A DNA stretch of 64,000 bases from an uncultured Nitrososphaeraceae archaeon. Lineage in GTDB: Archaea; Thermoproteota; Nitrososphaeria; Nitrososphaerales; Nitrososphaeraceae. A program made the position numbers and the translations under genes. The notes under the pieces were generated by a model. That model was not told the DNA's origin and made no database searches. It saw only the letters and a program-made list of their open reading frames with translations. This document shows, one piece after another, positions 46,800 through 57,379 of this stretch (within the stretch, counting starts at the first letter, position 1; every line of letters begins with the position of its first letter). Where the stretch lies: positions 96,001 through 160,000 of the forward strand of contig CAVSMN010000010.1 in the NCBI GenBank assembly GCA_963729045.1, in the 5' to 3' direction.

Positions 46800-47290
46800 G
46801 TCCTTGGAAAATATGAGAGTCAGAATACTTTTCTCCAAAACCAGATTGTGCACCTACATTATTACCAGAGTTTTCTTGAACCTAGATATTGATGTTGTTG
46901 CCTGAATCAATTATTCCTTCAAAATTAGAACCCACGGTTATGGTGACGCTATCGGGTTTACTTACCAAACCCTGCTTGTTTGTCACAACCAGTTCAAAAT
47001 GCAAATGTATGTTGGAATATGGTTCGGGGTGCTGTGAAGATTCAATTTACTGCTGTTGAGTTACTCAGAGTGACTCCAAGTCCGTTTGATCGAGTCCACT
47101 ATTAAGTCAGTGTTTCATTCCTTGGGTCAGTACCACCATGGCCTTCTAAATGCACTGTCACACCAGAGTCTACAGTTTGGTCAAGTCCGTCATCTGCAAT
47201 CGGCACTATTGACCCAATTACAGAGACAGGGTTTGAATTTGTGCTTGCTGCATACATGTTACCATTATCCTAATTGTAGGCTGTTACCTG
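46800..47290 (-). pseudogene. Remnant of a YVTN beta-propeller + PKD-like + Q/N-motif surface protein
   Basis: Manual translation AYN*DNGNMY..SNPVSVI; PIADDGLDQTV..TDP..TLT**W; LHFELVVTNKQG..PDSVTITV; SGNNINI*VQENSGNNVGAQ. Confidence 0.7.
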
Positions 47291-47360
47291 TGGAGACCCT
47301 CAAACTGGGTATGGTTCATAATACCTCATTAGTATCTGAATCTAGGTTCTTTTACAAACA

Positions 47361-48098
47361 TTATTTTGGTGGAAGTTTTTCCTCTTCCTGCTCCTCTTCA
47401 GTATGAAGCAATTTGTACACTCCTGCTGCTATTAGTCCACCAGCAATTGGTGCTACCCAATAAATCCACTGATAAGCAAAATCCCAAGTTATTAAGGCAG
47501 GGCCAAAGGAGCGAGCTGGATTTAATGACCCTCCAGTAATTGAGCCTCCGAATATAACATTGAATCCGAGAGTAAAACCTATGGCTATTCCAGCCAATGG
47601 AACTATCTTAAAGTTTTTTGAAGTGGTTGTGGCCAATACAACATATACCAATGTAAATGTCATTACTGTTTCTAAGATAAGGGCTCTTACAATGTTACCG
47701 TCGGAAGGCAATGTTACACTAGCTGACATTTCAGAGCCAAAAATTGAATAGACAACTGCAGCTGCAAGCACGGCACCAATAATCTGAGCAATGATGTACA
47801 CAACTGCTTCCTTTCTACCAATTTTCTTGGCCACTAAGAGACCTATTGTAACTGCAGGATTGACCTGTGCACCAGAACGATATCCTATGGCATATACAAT
47901 AGCTGTTAAGACTAGAGCATGAACCAAACCTATTCCAATTACTCCTAATTGTCCACTATCAGAATAGACGGTTGCAGCAGAAGCAATTGCATATACTAAA
48001 ATAAAAGTACCTACAATCTCTACCAAAAATTTGTTTCTTAAAGACGGTCGGAAAATCTTTTGAACGTCTTTATCCATGTTCCTTACTAATAGTCGCAA
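47361..48098 (-). CDS. Aquaporin (MIP family)
   Basis: Two NPA motifs: SGAQVNPAVT and GGSLNPARSFGP. Confidence 0.95.
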   Translation of the reverse strand: MRLLVRNMDKDVQKIFRPSLRNKFLVEIVGTFILVYAIASAATVYSDSGQLGVIGIGLVHALVLTAIVYAIGYRSGAQVNPAVTIGLLVAKKIGRKEAVVYIIAQIIGAVLAAAVVYSIFGSEMSASVTLPSDGNIVRALILETVMTFTLVYVVLATTTSKNFKIVPLAGIAIGFTLGFNVIFGGSITGGSLNPARSFGPALITWDFAYQWIYWVAPIAGGLIAAGVYKLLHTEEEQEEEKLPPK

Positions 48099-48206
48099 AT
48101 ATATTTAAATGATGGTATAATCCCAATTTTAGAGAATCAATGTCTTTTGAGTTGAGATAATTGATAAAATTAGAACATCATATTCTTATGATTATTATTC
48201 ATGTGA

Positions 48207-48247
48207 TCAAATCCCGCTTGAAAAGTGCAAAGTGCGGGATTTGAACC
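48207..48247. repeat. Composite inverted T-arm repeat (type C)
   Basis: tcaaatcccgc-ttgaaaagtgcaaagt-gcgggatttgaacc. Confidence 0.85.
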
Positions 48248-48379
48248 ATAGTCTTTTGGCATCCTTTTATAACAAATGATTAAAAATCATTATCATGTAT
48301 TAATTCACAAATTAATTCACAAATTATAAGAATCTTGGAATCTTACAAATTGTTGAAAATTCTCAAATAATTCAATTGC

Positions 48380-48865
48380 CATGACTTAAAATACGACTAA
48401 CAAAATAAAATTCAAAATGCAGTGCTCCCTATGACATTATTACCACTGATTTCAATGATAAATTTAAGCACTATGACTATAGGTAATGTAGATGCACGAA
48501 AAATGGATACTGCTACATGTACCAGTAATAATGATGGAACCGTCGGTACGGTAACTTGTTGAGCATTAGATCAGGACACTATGGTTCAATGGTGTACTAC
48601 CTGTGTTAATACTAAACCCCCTAGTAACTGTTCAGAAGCAGAACAGCAATTTCATACCAAGGGTGGCGAAAATGCGAATCCAAACAATGGTGGGGTACTA
48701 AGTAGCGACGACTCAAGCAATCAAGGCGGCTCAAATACTGTTGATCCAGACAAGATTATTGATGGAGGAACATTCAATGATGATGGCGGTTCAAGCAATT
48801 CGGGTGACTCAAATGGAGGGATTGATTCGAACAAAATCAATAGCGGTGCAGTATTTAATCAATAA
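48380..48865 (+). pseudogene. Secreted Cys-containing, G/N/S-rich protein, disrupted 5' end
   Basis: ORF 48581-48865 with upstream in-frame stops; paralog remnant at 24630-25090. Confidence 0.55.
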
Positions 48866-48920
48866 GAATATCGCAGGAATCATATATAAATAACGTTATC
48901 TTATTTTACTTATCTATGAA

Positions 48921-48938
48921 GGTGCGGGATTTGAACCG
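48921..48938 (-). repeat. tRNA T-arm repeat
   Basis: ggtgcgggatttgaaccg. Confidence 0.8.
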
Positions 48939-49104
48939 TATATTGTATCAGACAAACACTAGTCAATTATTGACAATATCATGAAATACTTAATTACAGG
49001 CCATTAGAAGGGTTCTAATGAATAAAGTTTGGGTTATGCATCTAGCCTATTGAAAACTGAAAAACAAAATTAAGACAAATAAGATATACTTGCTTTAGAA
49101 TCAA

Positions 49105-49482
49105 ATGATCATGTCTGAAAATATCCATATCAGAGCTGAATTCATCATAGAAAAAGATAATGTAGAACAATTTAGAAAACTGATAAGAGAAATGAGCAAT
49201 GTTGTTGAGACCAACGAACCAAACACATTAGTGTATCAGTTCTATCTTAACGGAGATGGAACAAAATGTATGGTCCATGAAACATATGTAGATTCCAAGG
49301 CTGTTTTATCTCACAATGATAGCACGGCTTCAAAAACAATTCTCCCTAGAATATTTAACATAGCCAAACTAAGAACACTTGACGTTTATGGTAATCCCAA
49401 TAATGAATTGAAAAAGTTGTTGGCAGGTTTCAATTCACAGATATTTAATTTGTATATAGGATTCAATCGGAAAAACGAATAA
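49105..49482 (+). CDS. ABM/quinol monooxygenase-like protein
   Basis: NEPNTLVYQFY, HETYVDS.A..H, VYGNP. Confidence 0.8.
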   Translation: MIMSENIHIRAEFIIEKDNVEQFRKLIREMSNVVETNEPNTLVYQFYLNGDGTKCMVHETYVDSKAVLSHNDSTASKTILPRIFNIAKLRTLDVYGNPNNELKKLLAGFNSQIFNLYIGFNRKNE

Positions 49483-49556
49483 TATGCTTCTCAATATACT
49501 AAATATTTATTTTCAATCACAATCACTTTATATGCTAACGCTTATTGTTATAGTTA

Positions 49557-50771
49557 GTGTTTTTAATCAAATCAAAATCAGCACCATTTATAGTTTTAAG
49601 CGTATTTTTTGGTGCATTCATGATTTTATCATCATATTCAACGTCATTCAATATATCCTTAATTTCTGAGACTTTGGCCCAGTCGGATCTTCAGATTGTC
49701 AAATATAGAAATTTAATCCTAGATTTGGGTGATGGAGTAAAGACTAATGCTCAATTATCTTATCCTGCGATAGGTAAAGGACCATTTCCGGCAGTGTTGC
49801 TTATTCCTGGCTCTGGCGCAGTTGACATGAACGAAACCTTGGGCGAAAATATCAAACCATTCTGGCAAATATCTCAATATCTTTCTGAGAGGGGATTTGC
49901 GGTACTAAAGTACGATAAAAGAGGTGTTGGTGAAAGTTTCACTATTTTGAACCCAAATGTATGGGGAAATAATACAGTCGATGATCAAATTCAAGATAGC
50001 GAGAAAGCCTTGAATGTTCTCGTACATCAGCCTGAAGTAGATCCAAATAGGATAAGTATAATTGGCCATAGCGAAGGTACACTTTATGCTCCAAGAGTAG
50101 CGGTTGATAATTCGACAAAGATAAGCAACATTATACTTATGGGTGTCCTAGCCCAAAACCCTTTAAAAGATGTAGAGTACTATCAAGACGTTTCCTTACC
50201 ATTAGAATACGCTATGCAAGTATTAGATAAAAATCACACCGGATTGATATCCATACAACAAATAGTAACGGATCCTTTATTAAAGAACTTTTTGCTGCCT
50301 TCTTCAGTTTTGCATACTAATGATACCAAAGACATGACTAATACGTTAATTAAGGAATTTGGTACTAGTGGGTACATAAATATTGATGAACAACTTAAAC
50401 CTTTTCTGACAAAAGGCTATGAAAACATTACAGCATTCAATTTGCTAAAATGCAATACTCTTGGAGTATGTCCTATATTATGGAAATCTTTATCTAATAT
50501 GACAACAAATTTCAGCTTCATTGGTAACGTATCTAACTCTACAGGCATTCTAATACTTAATGGGGAAAATGATGCTCAAACACCAGTTCAACAAGCATTT
50601 TTATTGCATCAGAAGCTTAATGAAGTAAATCATACTGACCATACATTAATAACATACCCCGACCTTGGACACGTTTTTTATCCATCATCAAAATGGCAAA
50701 CAGGGATCGGACCTATCAAACCTAATGTTTTGGCAGATTTATATTCATGGTTGGAGTCCCATTCAAGATAG
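49557..50771 (+). CDS. Secreted alpha/beta hydrolase
   Basis: GSGAVD, YDKRGVG, GHSEG, GENDAQTP, YPDLGH. Confidence 0.88.
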   Translation: MFLIKSKSAPFIVLSVFFGAFMILSSYSTSFNISLISETLAQSDLQIVKYRNLILDLGDGVKTNAQLSYPAIGKGPFPAVLLIPGSGAVDMNETLGENIKPFWQISQYLSERGFAVLKYDKRGVGESFTILNPNVWGNNTVDDQIQDSEKALNVLVHQPEVDPNRISIIGHSEGTLYAPRVAVDNSTKISNIILMGVLAQNPLKDVEYYQDVSLPLEYAMQVLDKNHTGLISIQQIVTDPLLKNFLLPSSVLHTNDTKDMTNTLIKEFGTSGYINIDEQLKPFLTKGYENITAFNLLKCNTLGVCPILWKSLSNMTTNFSFIGNVSNSTGILILNGENDAQTPVQQAFLLHQKLNEVNHTDHTLITYPDLGHVFYPSSKWQTGIGPIKPNVLADLYSWLESHSR

Positions 50772-50925
50772 TAAATGGAGTTTTATTTCGCTTTTTATCA
50801 GACAGGACAATGTATTGTCATAAACCTTCGTTCTTTAGCAATAACCTATTAAAATGAATTGAATGGCATAAAAACATGCTACTAAGAAAATTATATTGTC
50901 AATAAACAGTTAATTTGAGCATAAT

Positions 50926-51019
50926 AAAGTGCGAAGTGCGGGATTTGAACCCGTTTCTATGACATGATTAGCCAAGGTTTAATTTACTATAGTTAATAAC
51001 AATAAGGAACGGGTTCAAA
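50926..51019. repeat. tRNA 3'-end repeat with downstream inverted T-loop copy
   Basis: aaagtgcgaagtgcgggatttgaacccgtt at 50926; aacgggttcaaa at 51008. Confidence 0.85.
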
Positions 51020-51248
51020 ATTATATATGCTTTAATGTTTTCATACTAATCGACTTTCGAGTATTCATCATTTTCTCTCTATTGTGTGCTATACACACTA
51101 ATTGAATTTTTTCAGTTGCGGTGCGGAAACGAAAAAAAAGAATCAAGATAAACAGATGAAAATAATTTATTCTATCAATATTAGAAAAATAATTATTCAA
51201 TGTCCCCCTTATGGTTCTATTTAAATTGATGAATTAGACTATTATAGT

Positions 51249-52421
51249 ATGAAATATTATCTTTTAGGCAAGAGCGGCCTTAGAGTTTCAGAGATTTGTC
51301 TTGGTACAATGACATTTGGTAAAGAATGGGGATGGGGCGCCTCTAAAGAAGAATCTCGCAAGATCTTTGATGCATACGTAGATTCTGGTGGTAATTTTAT
51401 TGACTCTGCTAATATATACACGGACGGAACAAGTGAAAAATATGTTGGAGATTTTGTTTCTTATGATAGAGATAGATTTGTTATTGCAACTAAGTATACT
51501 TCTAATACAAGAGCAGGAGATCCCAATGCTGGGGGAAACCATCGAAAGAACATGGTACAATCGTTAGAGGCGAGTTTGAGGAGGCTAAATACGGACTACA
51601 TTGATCTTTATTGGGTGCATGCATGGGATCAAACAACCCCAATAGAAGAGATGATGAGAGCACTAGATGACATGGTCAAATCAGGTAAGATCCTGTACAT
51701 CGGAATTTCAGATGCTCCAGCATGGATAGTCTCACAGGCTAATACTCTTGCAAATCTTAAAGGATGGACAGAGTTTGCGAGCATTCAGATTGAATATAGT
51801 TTGATTGAAAGGACTTCGGAGCGGGAATTACTTCCTATGGCAAATGCCCTTGATATAGGAATAACAGCATGGTCTCCGTTAGGAAGTGGAGTCCTGACAG
51901 GAAAATATAACAAATCAAGTAATAAAGAGCATAAAAATAATACAGTAAATAAAGATTACAAACAGAAAGAGAATACAACTAATGATGTTAATACTAGTAC
52001 TAGTTCATCATCATCAAAGTTCGATCAGCAGACTAGTAATAGACTAAATGTAGCAAATTTTTCAGAATTGTCAAATACTTTACTCAAAGAAAGAAATTTG
52101 AGAATTGCTGAAGAGGTTGTAAATATTGCTCAGGAGATTAAGCGTACTCCTTCACAAGTTGCACTTAATTGGATAAGACAGTCGAAAAAGATAGTTCGAA
52201 ATAAGATAATACCAATAATAGGAGCAAAAGACCTTTTACAGATAAATGATAACTTGGCATGTATGGAATTTGTGTTATCTGATGATCATATACAAAGATT
52301 AAATGAAGTAAGTAAGATAGAACTTGGCTTTCCGCATGATTTCCTATCCTCTGATGCAATTAGGAATATAATTTACGGAGGAACTTACTCGTCAATATAT
52401 AATCATAGAAAATTCAATTAA
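51249..52421 (+). CDS. Aldo/keto reductase
   Basis: LGKSGLRVSEICLGTMTFG, DSANIY, SLRRLNTDYIDLYWVH, WSPLGSG. Confidence 0.93.
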   Translation: MKYYLLGKSGLRVSEICLGTMTFGKEWGWGASKEESRKIFDAYVDSGGNFIDSANIYTDGTSEKYVGDFVSYDRDRFVIATKYTSNTRAGDPNAGGNHRKNMVQSLEASLRRLNTDYIDLYWVHAWDQTTPIEEMMRALDDMVKSGKILYIGISDAPAWIVSQANTLANLKGWTEFASIQIEYSLIERTSERELLPMANALDIGITAWSPLGSGVLTGKYNKSSNKEHKNNTVNKDYKQKENTTNDVNTSTSSSSSKFDQQTSNRLNVANFSELSNTLLKERNLRIAEEVVNIAQEIKRTPSQVALNWIRQSKKIVRNKIIPIIGAKDLLQINDNLACMEFVLSDDHIQRLNEVSKIELGFPHDFLSSDAIRNIIYGGTYSSIYNHRKFN

Positions 52422-52609
52422 AGCAAGAGTTTGGACAGTTTTGGTTGTTCTTGATTGGGGGATTGGTGGTTCAGTCTCCTCAATTCTTTTTTTACTCATT
52501 CTCGCTCAAGTTGTTTCTACCCTCCTATTATCTATTTCAGTTAATGTTCCTATGTAATTCATATATGGATGATAATACCTCTTAAATATAATTATGTAAT
52601 TTTATACTC

Positions 52610-52966
52610 ATGGAGAAAAAAGCCATTATCGTTTCTACATTTGCAATATTGTTAACTACTGGAATTTCAGCATCAATCCCTGTTAATATGACATACGCCA
52701 AACTAAACTGTACCGAACAAAAATGTACAGGTGGACAAGGAGGACAAGGAGGTGGAGCAGTAGGCAATTTTGCAATTGAAGATAACACTTTTACTCAATC
52801 TGGCGGTGGAGGTTCCTCATTTTTGCCAGGAGGAGGTGGCGGACACCTTGAATCTAATTCTGAAACCGGCGATTTTTCCAGAAGTGGCGGTAGTTCTGAT
52901 ACAGGAGGAGGACGATGTACTGGTAACCTAAATGAAGGAGAACTTGAGTGCACGGGGAAAGATTAA
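52610..52966 (+). CDS. Secreted glycine-rich protein with paired cysteines
   Basis: Signal peptide; C-x4-C-TGG...GGG repeats...C-x9-C. Confidence 0.7.
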   Translation: MEKKAIIVSTFAILLTTGISASIPVNMTYAKLNCTEQKCTGGQGGQGGGAVGNFAIEDNTFTQSGGGGSSFLPGGGGGHLESNSETGDFSRSGGSSDTGGGRCTGNLNEGELECTGKD

Positions 52967-53085
52967 ATTATTTTTATTTTTATTCACAAATCCCTTAATT
53001 TTTGATTTAGAATTGTATGGATTTATGAATATTCAAAGTTCTTGATGATGAATAAATTGGAAATAATATTGATTTATTATTTATT

Positions 53086-53125
53086 TTGATTTTTTCGCAT
53101 GATCAAGGATGAATCGTCTTATTTG
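53086..53125. repeat. Type-B element, degenerate
   Basis: ttgattttttcgcatgatcaaggatgaatcgtcttatttg. Confidence 0.6.
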
Positions 53126-53233
53126 GGTACTCAGGCTAATTAATTCTAGAAGATAGTCGATCAGTTCTAGAATCTACTAACGTCTAAATTTAGACTAGTA
53201 ATCCAAAATATGAGGTATTACAAAACTATTATT

Positions 53234-53340
53234 TTCAAATCCCGCTTGAAAAGTGCGAAGTGCGGGATTTGAACCCGCTTCTTCTTTTGTCCAGTTCAAA
53301 TCCCTTTGTTCAGTGAGGGAGAAAGAGAACCCGCAATCCC
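53234..53340. repeat. Composite inverted T-arm repeat (type C) plus two further fragments
   Basis: ttcaaatcccgcttgaaaagtgcgaagtgcgggatttgaacccgctt; gttcaaatccc at 53294; gaacccgcaatccc at 53327. Confidence 0.88.
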
Positions 53341-53558
53341 TCTATCTTTAGTTGTTGGTTATAGAGTAGGGATAATTTGACCAAGATAATCTTCTTACAA
53401 GATTACACCCTCTTTATATACTTCCTTGAGTGAATTTGGTTATGAATAATAATAGACAGGTAAGAAAAGAATTATCTTTTCCATTATAGTATTCATTTCT
53501 ATACTCTAATTTTCTCAAGTATGACCATGAATCTAATGGTGCTTTACTAATATAGTGG

Positions 53559-54482
53559 ATGGGATCAAACAAATTTACCCAGACCAATTCAAGCAATACC
53601 ACGAATTTGGTAAATACCCAAGACATTCCATTAGAAAAAGTCCATGTTGGAGATATTGAAATGGCGTATAAAATGTTTGGTAAAGGAGATCCCTTGATAC
53701 TTCACAATGGTGCTTCTGATAATATGGATGCATGGGATCCAGCCCTTTTAAGCAGACTAGCGTCAAATAACACAGTAATTGTGTTTGATAGTCGTGGAAT
53801 AGGAAATACTACTGCAGGTACCGAACCGTATTCTATTCAGTTACTTGGTAATGATACTGCGGGTTTAATGGACGCTTTGAAAATACAACAAGCAAACGTT
53901 CTTGGATATTCTCTAGGTACATTTACAACCCAACAATTTGCAATTACGCATCCTGATAAGGTTAGTAGTATTATACTTATTGCTGGAACCTGTGGTGGGA
54001 AAGATGGTATACCTAAACCGACTGAGTTTATGAAATCGATGTCCGAAATGGCAAATAAGTCTTCAAACAATGAATCCATGACTCAGGAGGATTTCAAATC
54101 CCTTGTAACTGCCTCATTAGGATCGGGATGGGTAAAACTGCATCCTGAATCTGCTGATATTCCAGAAAATATGACATTAGCAGCAGCAAAGCCTGGTCTT
54201 TCTCCTGAAGCAATGAACAATCAGATGAACGCTGGATTTGCTTGGGAGGCAACCAACTGGAATGGTGTTTGTGACAACCTTGCGAAAATAGACAAGCCCC
54301 TGTTAGTTATAACAGGAACAGACGACAATGAATATGTCCCACATGAAAACTCTTTAGTCATTGCAAACAAGGTTCCAGGAGCATGGCTTGTACAGATAAA
54401 GGATGCTGGTCATGCAGTTCCGGATCAATATCCTGATGAAGTCGGTAACATAATAGAAACATTTTTGTCGACTGTAAAATAG
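53559..54482 (+). CDS. Alpha/beta hydrolase
   Basis: FDSRGIG, GYSLG, GTDD, DAGH. Confidence 0.88.
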   Translation: MGSNKFTQTNSSNTTNLVNTQDIPLEKVHVGDIEMAYKMFGKGDPLILHNGASDNMDAWDPALLSRLASNNTVIVFDSRGIGNTTAGTEPYSIQLLGNDTAGLMDALKIQQANVLGYSLGTFTTQQFAITHPDKVSSIILIAGTCGGKDGIPKPTEFMKSMSEMANKSSNNESMTQEDFKSLVTASLGSGWVKLHPESADIPENMTLAAAKPGLSPEAMNNQMNAGFAWEATNWNGVCDNLAKIDKPLLVITGTDDNEYVPHENSLVIANKVPGAWLVQIKDAGHAVPDQYPDEVGNIIETFLSTVK

Positions 54483-54530
54483 TAGGAGACTAATCAGGAA
54501 AGAAGAATTAGATATTAATTTCGTACGCGA

Positions 54531-54599
54531 TGTAGACAAGCGGGTTCAAATCCTTATCTGAAGAAAGGAGAAGAAGTGCGAGGTGCGGGATTTGAACCC
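54531..54599. repeat. Composite inverted T-arm repeat (type D)
   Basis: tgtagacaagcgggttcaaatcc...gtgcgaggtgcgggatttgaaccc. Confidence 0.88.
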
Positions 54600-54822
54600 T
54601 AAGTGATTATTATGATCTTGTTTTCACAAAAATTGAAACCAAATAGATGAAAAATTCTGCCATTCTGATTCTTAGATTTGCTATCATTCTTCCTGTATCA
54701 TTTGTTAAATTAATTGCATGTAATCCATTTAGATTGGATTATCTATGCTCAATTCGAGTGGGATTAATATCGATTCCAGTACAGGTCTTAACAAAAAGGG
54801 GTAATTTTTTGGATATTTTCCT

Positions 54823-56376
54823 TTAGGTTTGGAAATTGCACTGAGCTCTCGTATCTACACTTCCTCGATTTATTAAATCATTTATTGTTTTTCTTGAGAA
54901 ATCAAAGGCCTTCCCATTAATGTCATCGCTACTCTCTAGAGATTGACCCTCTCCATATCCTATTCTTTGTAGTTTGTTTATTGTTACTCTTCCCTCAATT
55001 AGTTTTCTTATTTCTCTTGGATTGCCACTTCTACTCATGCTAACTAACTTGTTTGCTAATGGTTTTTCCAACTCTCTATAGATAGAGTCGTTTGATGAAT
55101 AATTGCGGTCTGACCTAATCATGTCCATTAAAGAATTTATTATGTTAATATAATCAGATACCATTGATGTTACCTTTTCATCATGCTTTGATTTATCATG
55201 AAATAACACATTCTGGACCCGGTTATTGATAGAATCCGGGTCCTCAGGGACTCCCTGTTCTTTGGTGGGGTACAAAATACCTATATACACCTCTAAGGAT
55301 GGAACATTATCTAAGCCTTTAACCTTATACCAATAGTCCCTGTGTGATTGAATAACTTCTCTTAAAGGCGTATTACTAAGGTAATAACCATCCATAAATA
55401 TTCTATTATACTGTTTTCCTTCCGGAATTTTATCATCAATGACTTCACCTGTAATAGCTGGCAGTTCTGGGAATTTGTATCTTAGATGAGAAGACATGGT
55501 GGTTAGGAGATGCTCCATCTTTATTCCATCCGGATATTTTATTACATGCTTTGATTTACTATCCTCATCGCCATATACGGACATTCTTTGGTTGTACTTC
55601 TTTGGATAGCTATCAAATGTTATGGTTGTTGCATCTTGTACATCTACGCCTACCAATAACAATCTTGGTTCCCCTTCATCGGTCTTTATTGGATTTTTTG
55701 AATCATCCCAAAACTTTCGAATTGTTTCTACAATAGGTGAATTATCAAACCGTAGTATGTAATTAAAAGGATTTAGAAATCTAAAATCCGGTTGGTATAT
55801 CGGAGGAGACAGAACCTTATGAGTTCCCCAAGGAAGATAAGCAAATTGATACCATGACCAATATCTTCTGAATGCCTCACCTGAGGCTAATCTACCCAAT
55901 TTATCTGGCCACAAATAATAGTAAGACAACAATGGTGATTGTTCCCTCATAGTGCCAAATATGTTATCAAAGGGCTTTAGGGTATTAACCCAAAAGTTGT
56001 TGACTCCTTCTCTTAGCTTGGATGAGGCGTATAGCCAGCCTTGCAGAAATGGATTTTCATATTGAGGTGTGTCTATTGATACCTCTTGCCAAAATCGATA
56101 AAGGGTCTCGTCTGACCCCTTCCAAGGATTTTCCTCTTCCTTATTTTGTAGAACGTGATTGACTATCAGGGTTGCGTTTATTGCACCTGCGGAGGTACCA
56201 GCAACGATATCAAATAAGGGTCTTTTTTCATTTATTTCCCACTTAAGACCTTCATACAGTGACTTATAAATTCCGGCCTCGTAGGCTCCCAATGCCCCTC
56301 CTCCTTGGAATACAAGAGCTCTTTGTTGTAGCGGTCCGGAATTGCTATGTTTACTGTCTGTTGGAAAATTTGACAT
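54823..56376 (-). CDS. Patatin-like phospholipase
   Basis: GGGALGAYEAG, GTSAG, DGY.LSNTP, FDFS. Confidence 0.9.
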   Translation of the reverse strand: MSNFPTDSKHSNSGPLQQRALVFQGGGALGAYEAGIYKSLYEGLKWEINEKRPLFDIVAGTSAGAINATLIVNHVLQNKEEENPWKGSDETLYRFWQEVSIDTPQYENPFLQGWLYASSKLREGVNNFWVNTLKPFDNIFGTMREQSPLLSYYYLWPDKLGRLASGEAFRRYWSWYQFAYLPWGTHKVLSPPIYQPDFRFLNPFNYILRFDNSPIVETIRKFWDDSKNPIKTDEGEPRLLLVGVDVQDATTITFDSYPKKYNQRMSVYGDEDSKSKHVIKYPDGIKMEHLLTTMSSHLRYKFPELPAITGEVIDDKIPEGKQYNRIFMDGYYLSNTPLREVIQSHRDYWYKVKGLDNVPSLEVYIGILYPTKEQGVPEDPDSINNRVQNVLFHDKSKHDEKVTSMVSDYINIINSLMDMIRSDRNYSSNDSIYRELEKPLANKLVSMSRSGNPREIRKLIEGRVTINKLQRIGYGEGQSLESSDDINGKAFDFSRKTINDLINRGSVDTRAQCNFQT

Positions 56377-56461
56377 ACCCTACAAAGAAGGATCCTAAAA
56401 ATAAAGGTTTTGGTAATAAATTACAATGATCTTCACTTAAATAAAAATCCACCATGAGGTG

Positions 56462-56948
56462 TTATATCAAATACTTTTTTGATAACCGGTGCCTATTCCT
56501 ACTTAATGTATTTGGTTGCAATTGATTGTTATTTTGAAGTTTCAGATCTTGTGAAGATTCGGTGCTTGTCCCCTGAGAGTCAGTCGTTGTTGTTTGAGTA
56601 GGGACGGGACATCCCTCTGGTATATCATCAGATTGATCCTCCAGAACAGGACATAATCCGGGACAACCATTTTCATCAATAAAACTAGTCCCTTCAATTC
56701 GTTTCATTTGAACAAGCATTGTTTTGCTCGGATTGGGTATCAGATGATTGATCATTATTATCAGTCAACTCTTCGTCAGTATTACTATCTTGTGATTGAT
56801 CCTCCTTGGATATATCATCACTGTTGTTTGAAGTGGTTGCAAAAACCGATGAAAAAGTCATGAATTGAGAAGGGATTACTAAAGTTGGTTTAAGAAAAAT
56901 AAGAGTCGTACAGATAAGAACAGAAAAATGCTGGGTTTTAAGACACAA
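56462..56948 (-). pseudogene. Secreted low-complexity protein split by a frameshift
   Basis: Signal-bearing ORF 56694-56948 continues in ORF 56462-56755. Confidence 0.5.
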
Positions 56949-57379
56949 GAATTACCAAAAGATTTTCTCAAAGGTGAATTTTTCAACGTATGTGCAATAC
57001 AGATGATATTATTAAAGATATTGCAATAGTTGTATCAAATTCTTCAATCTTACAATTATTTTGTAAGTCATTGTAAAATTAAGCAATAAATGATAAACAA
57101 TATCGATATATTATTAGCCTCTCCAAAGCATTGATCTTAGACGATAGGTTTCTCATACTACTTAAACTTCTATAGGAGCGATATATAAGAAAAACCTCCC
57201 TTGAAATTTTATGATTAGTTAATTGTAGTTTTCAATTTTGGTATTCATGTAGAACTGTGCTTGTTAAATGGATCAGCCTGTTCCTATAACTCAACTCCAC
57301 AAAACGGACAATGATTATATCATAATTATAAAGTTTGGATCCTTTCTCAATTCTATGGATCCATCATGCTCTACCATCT

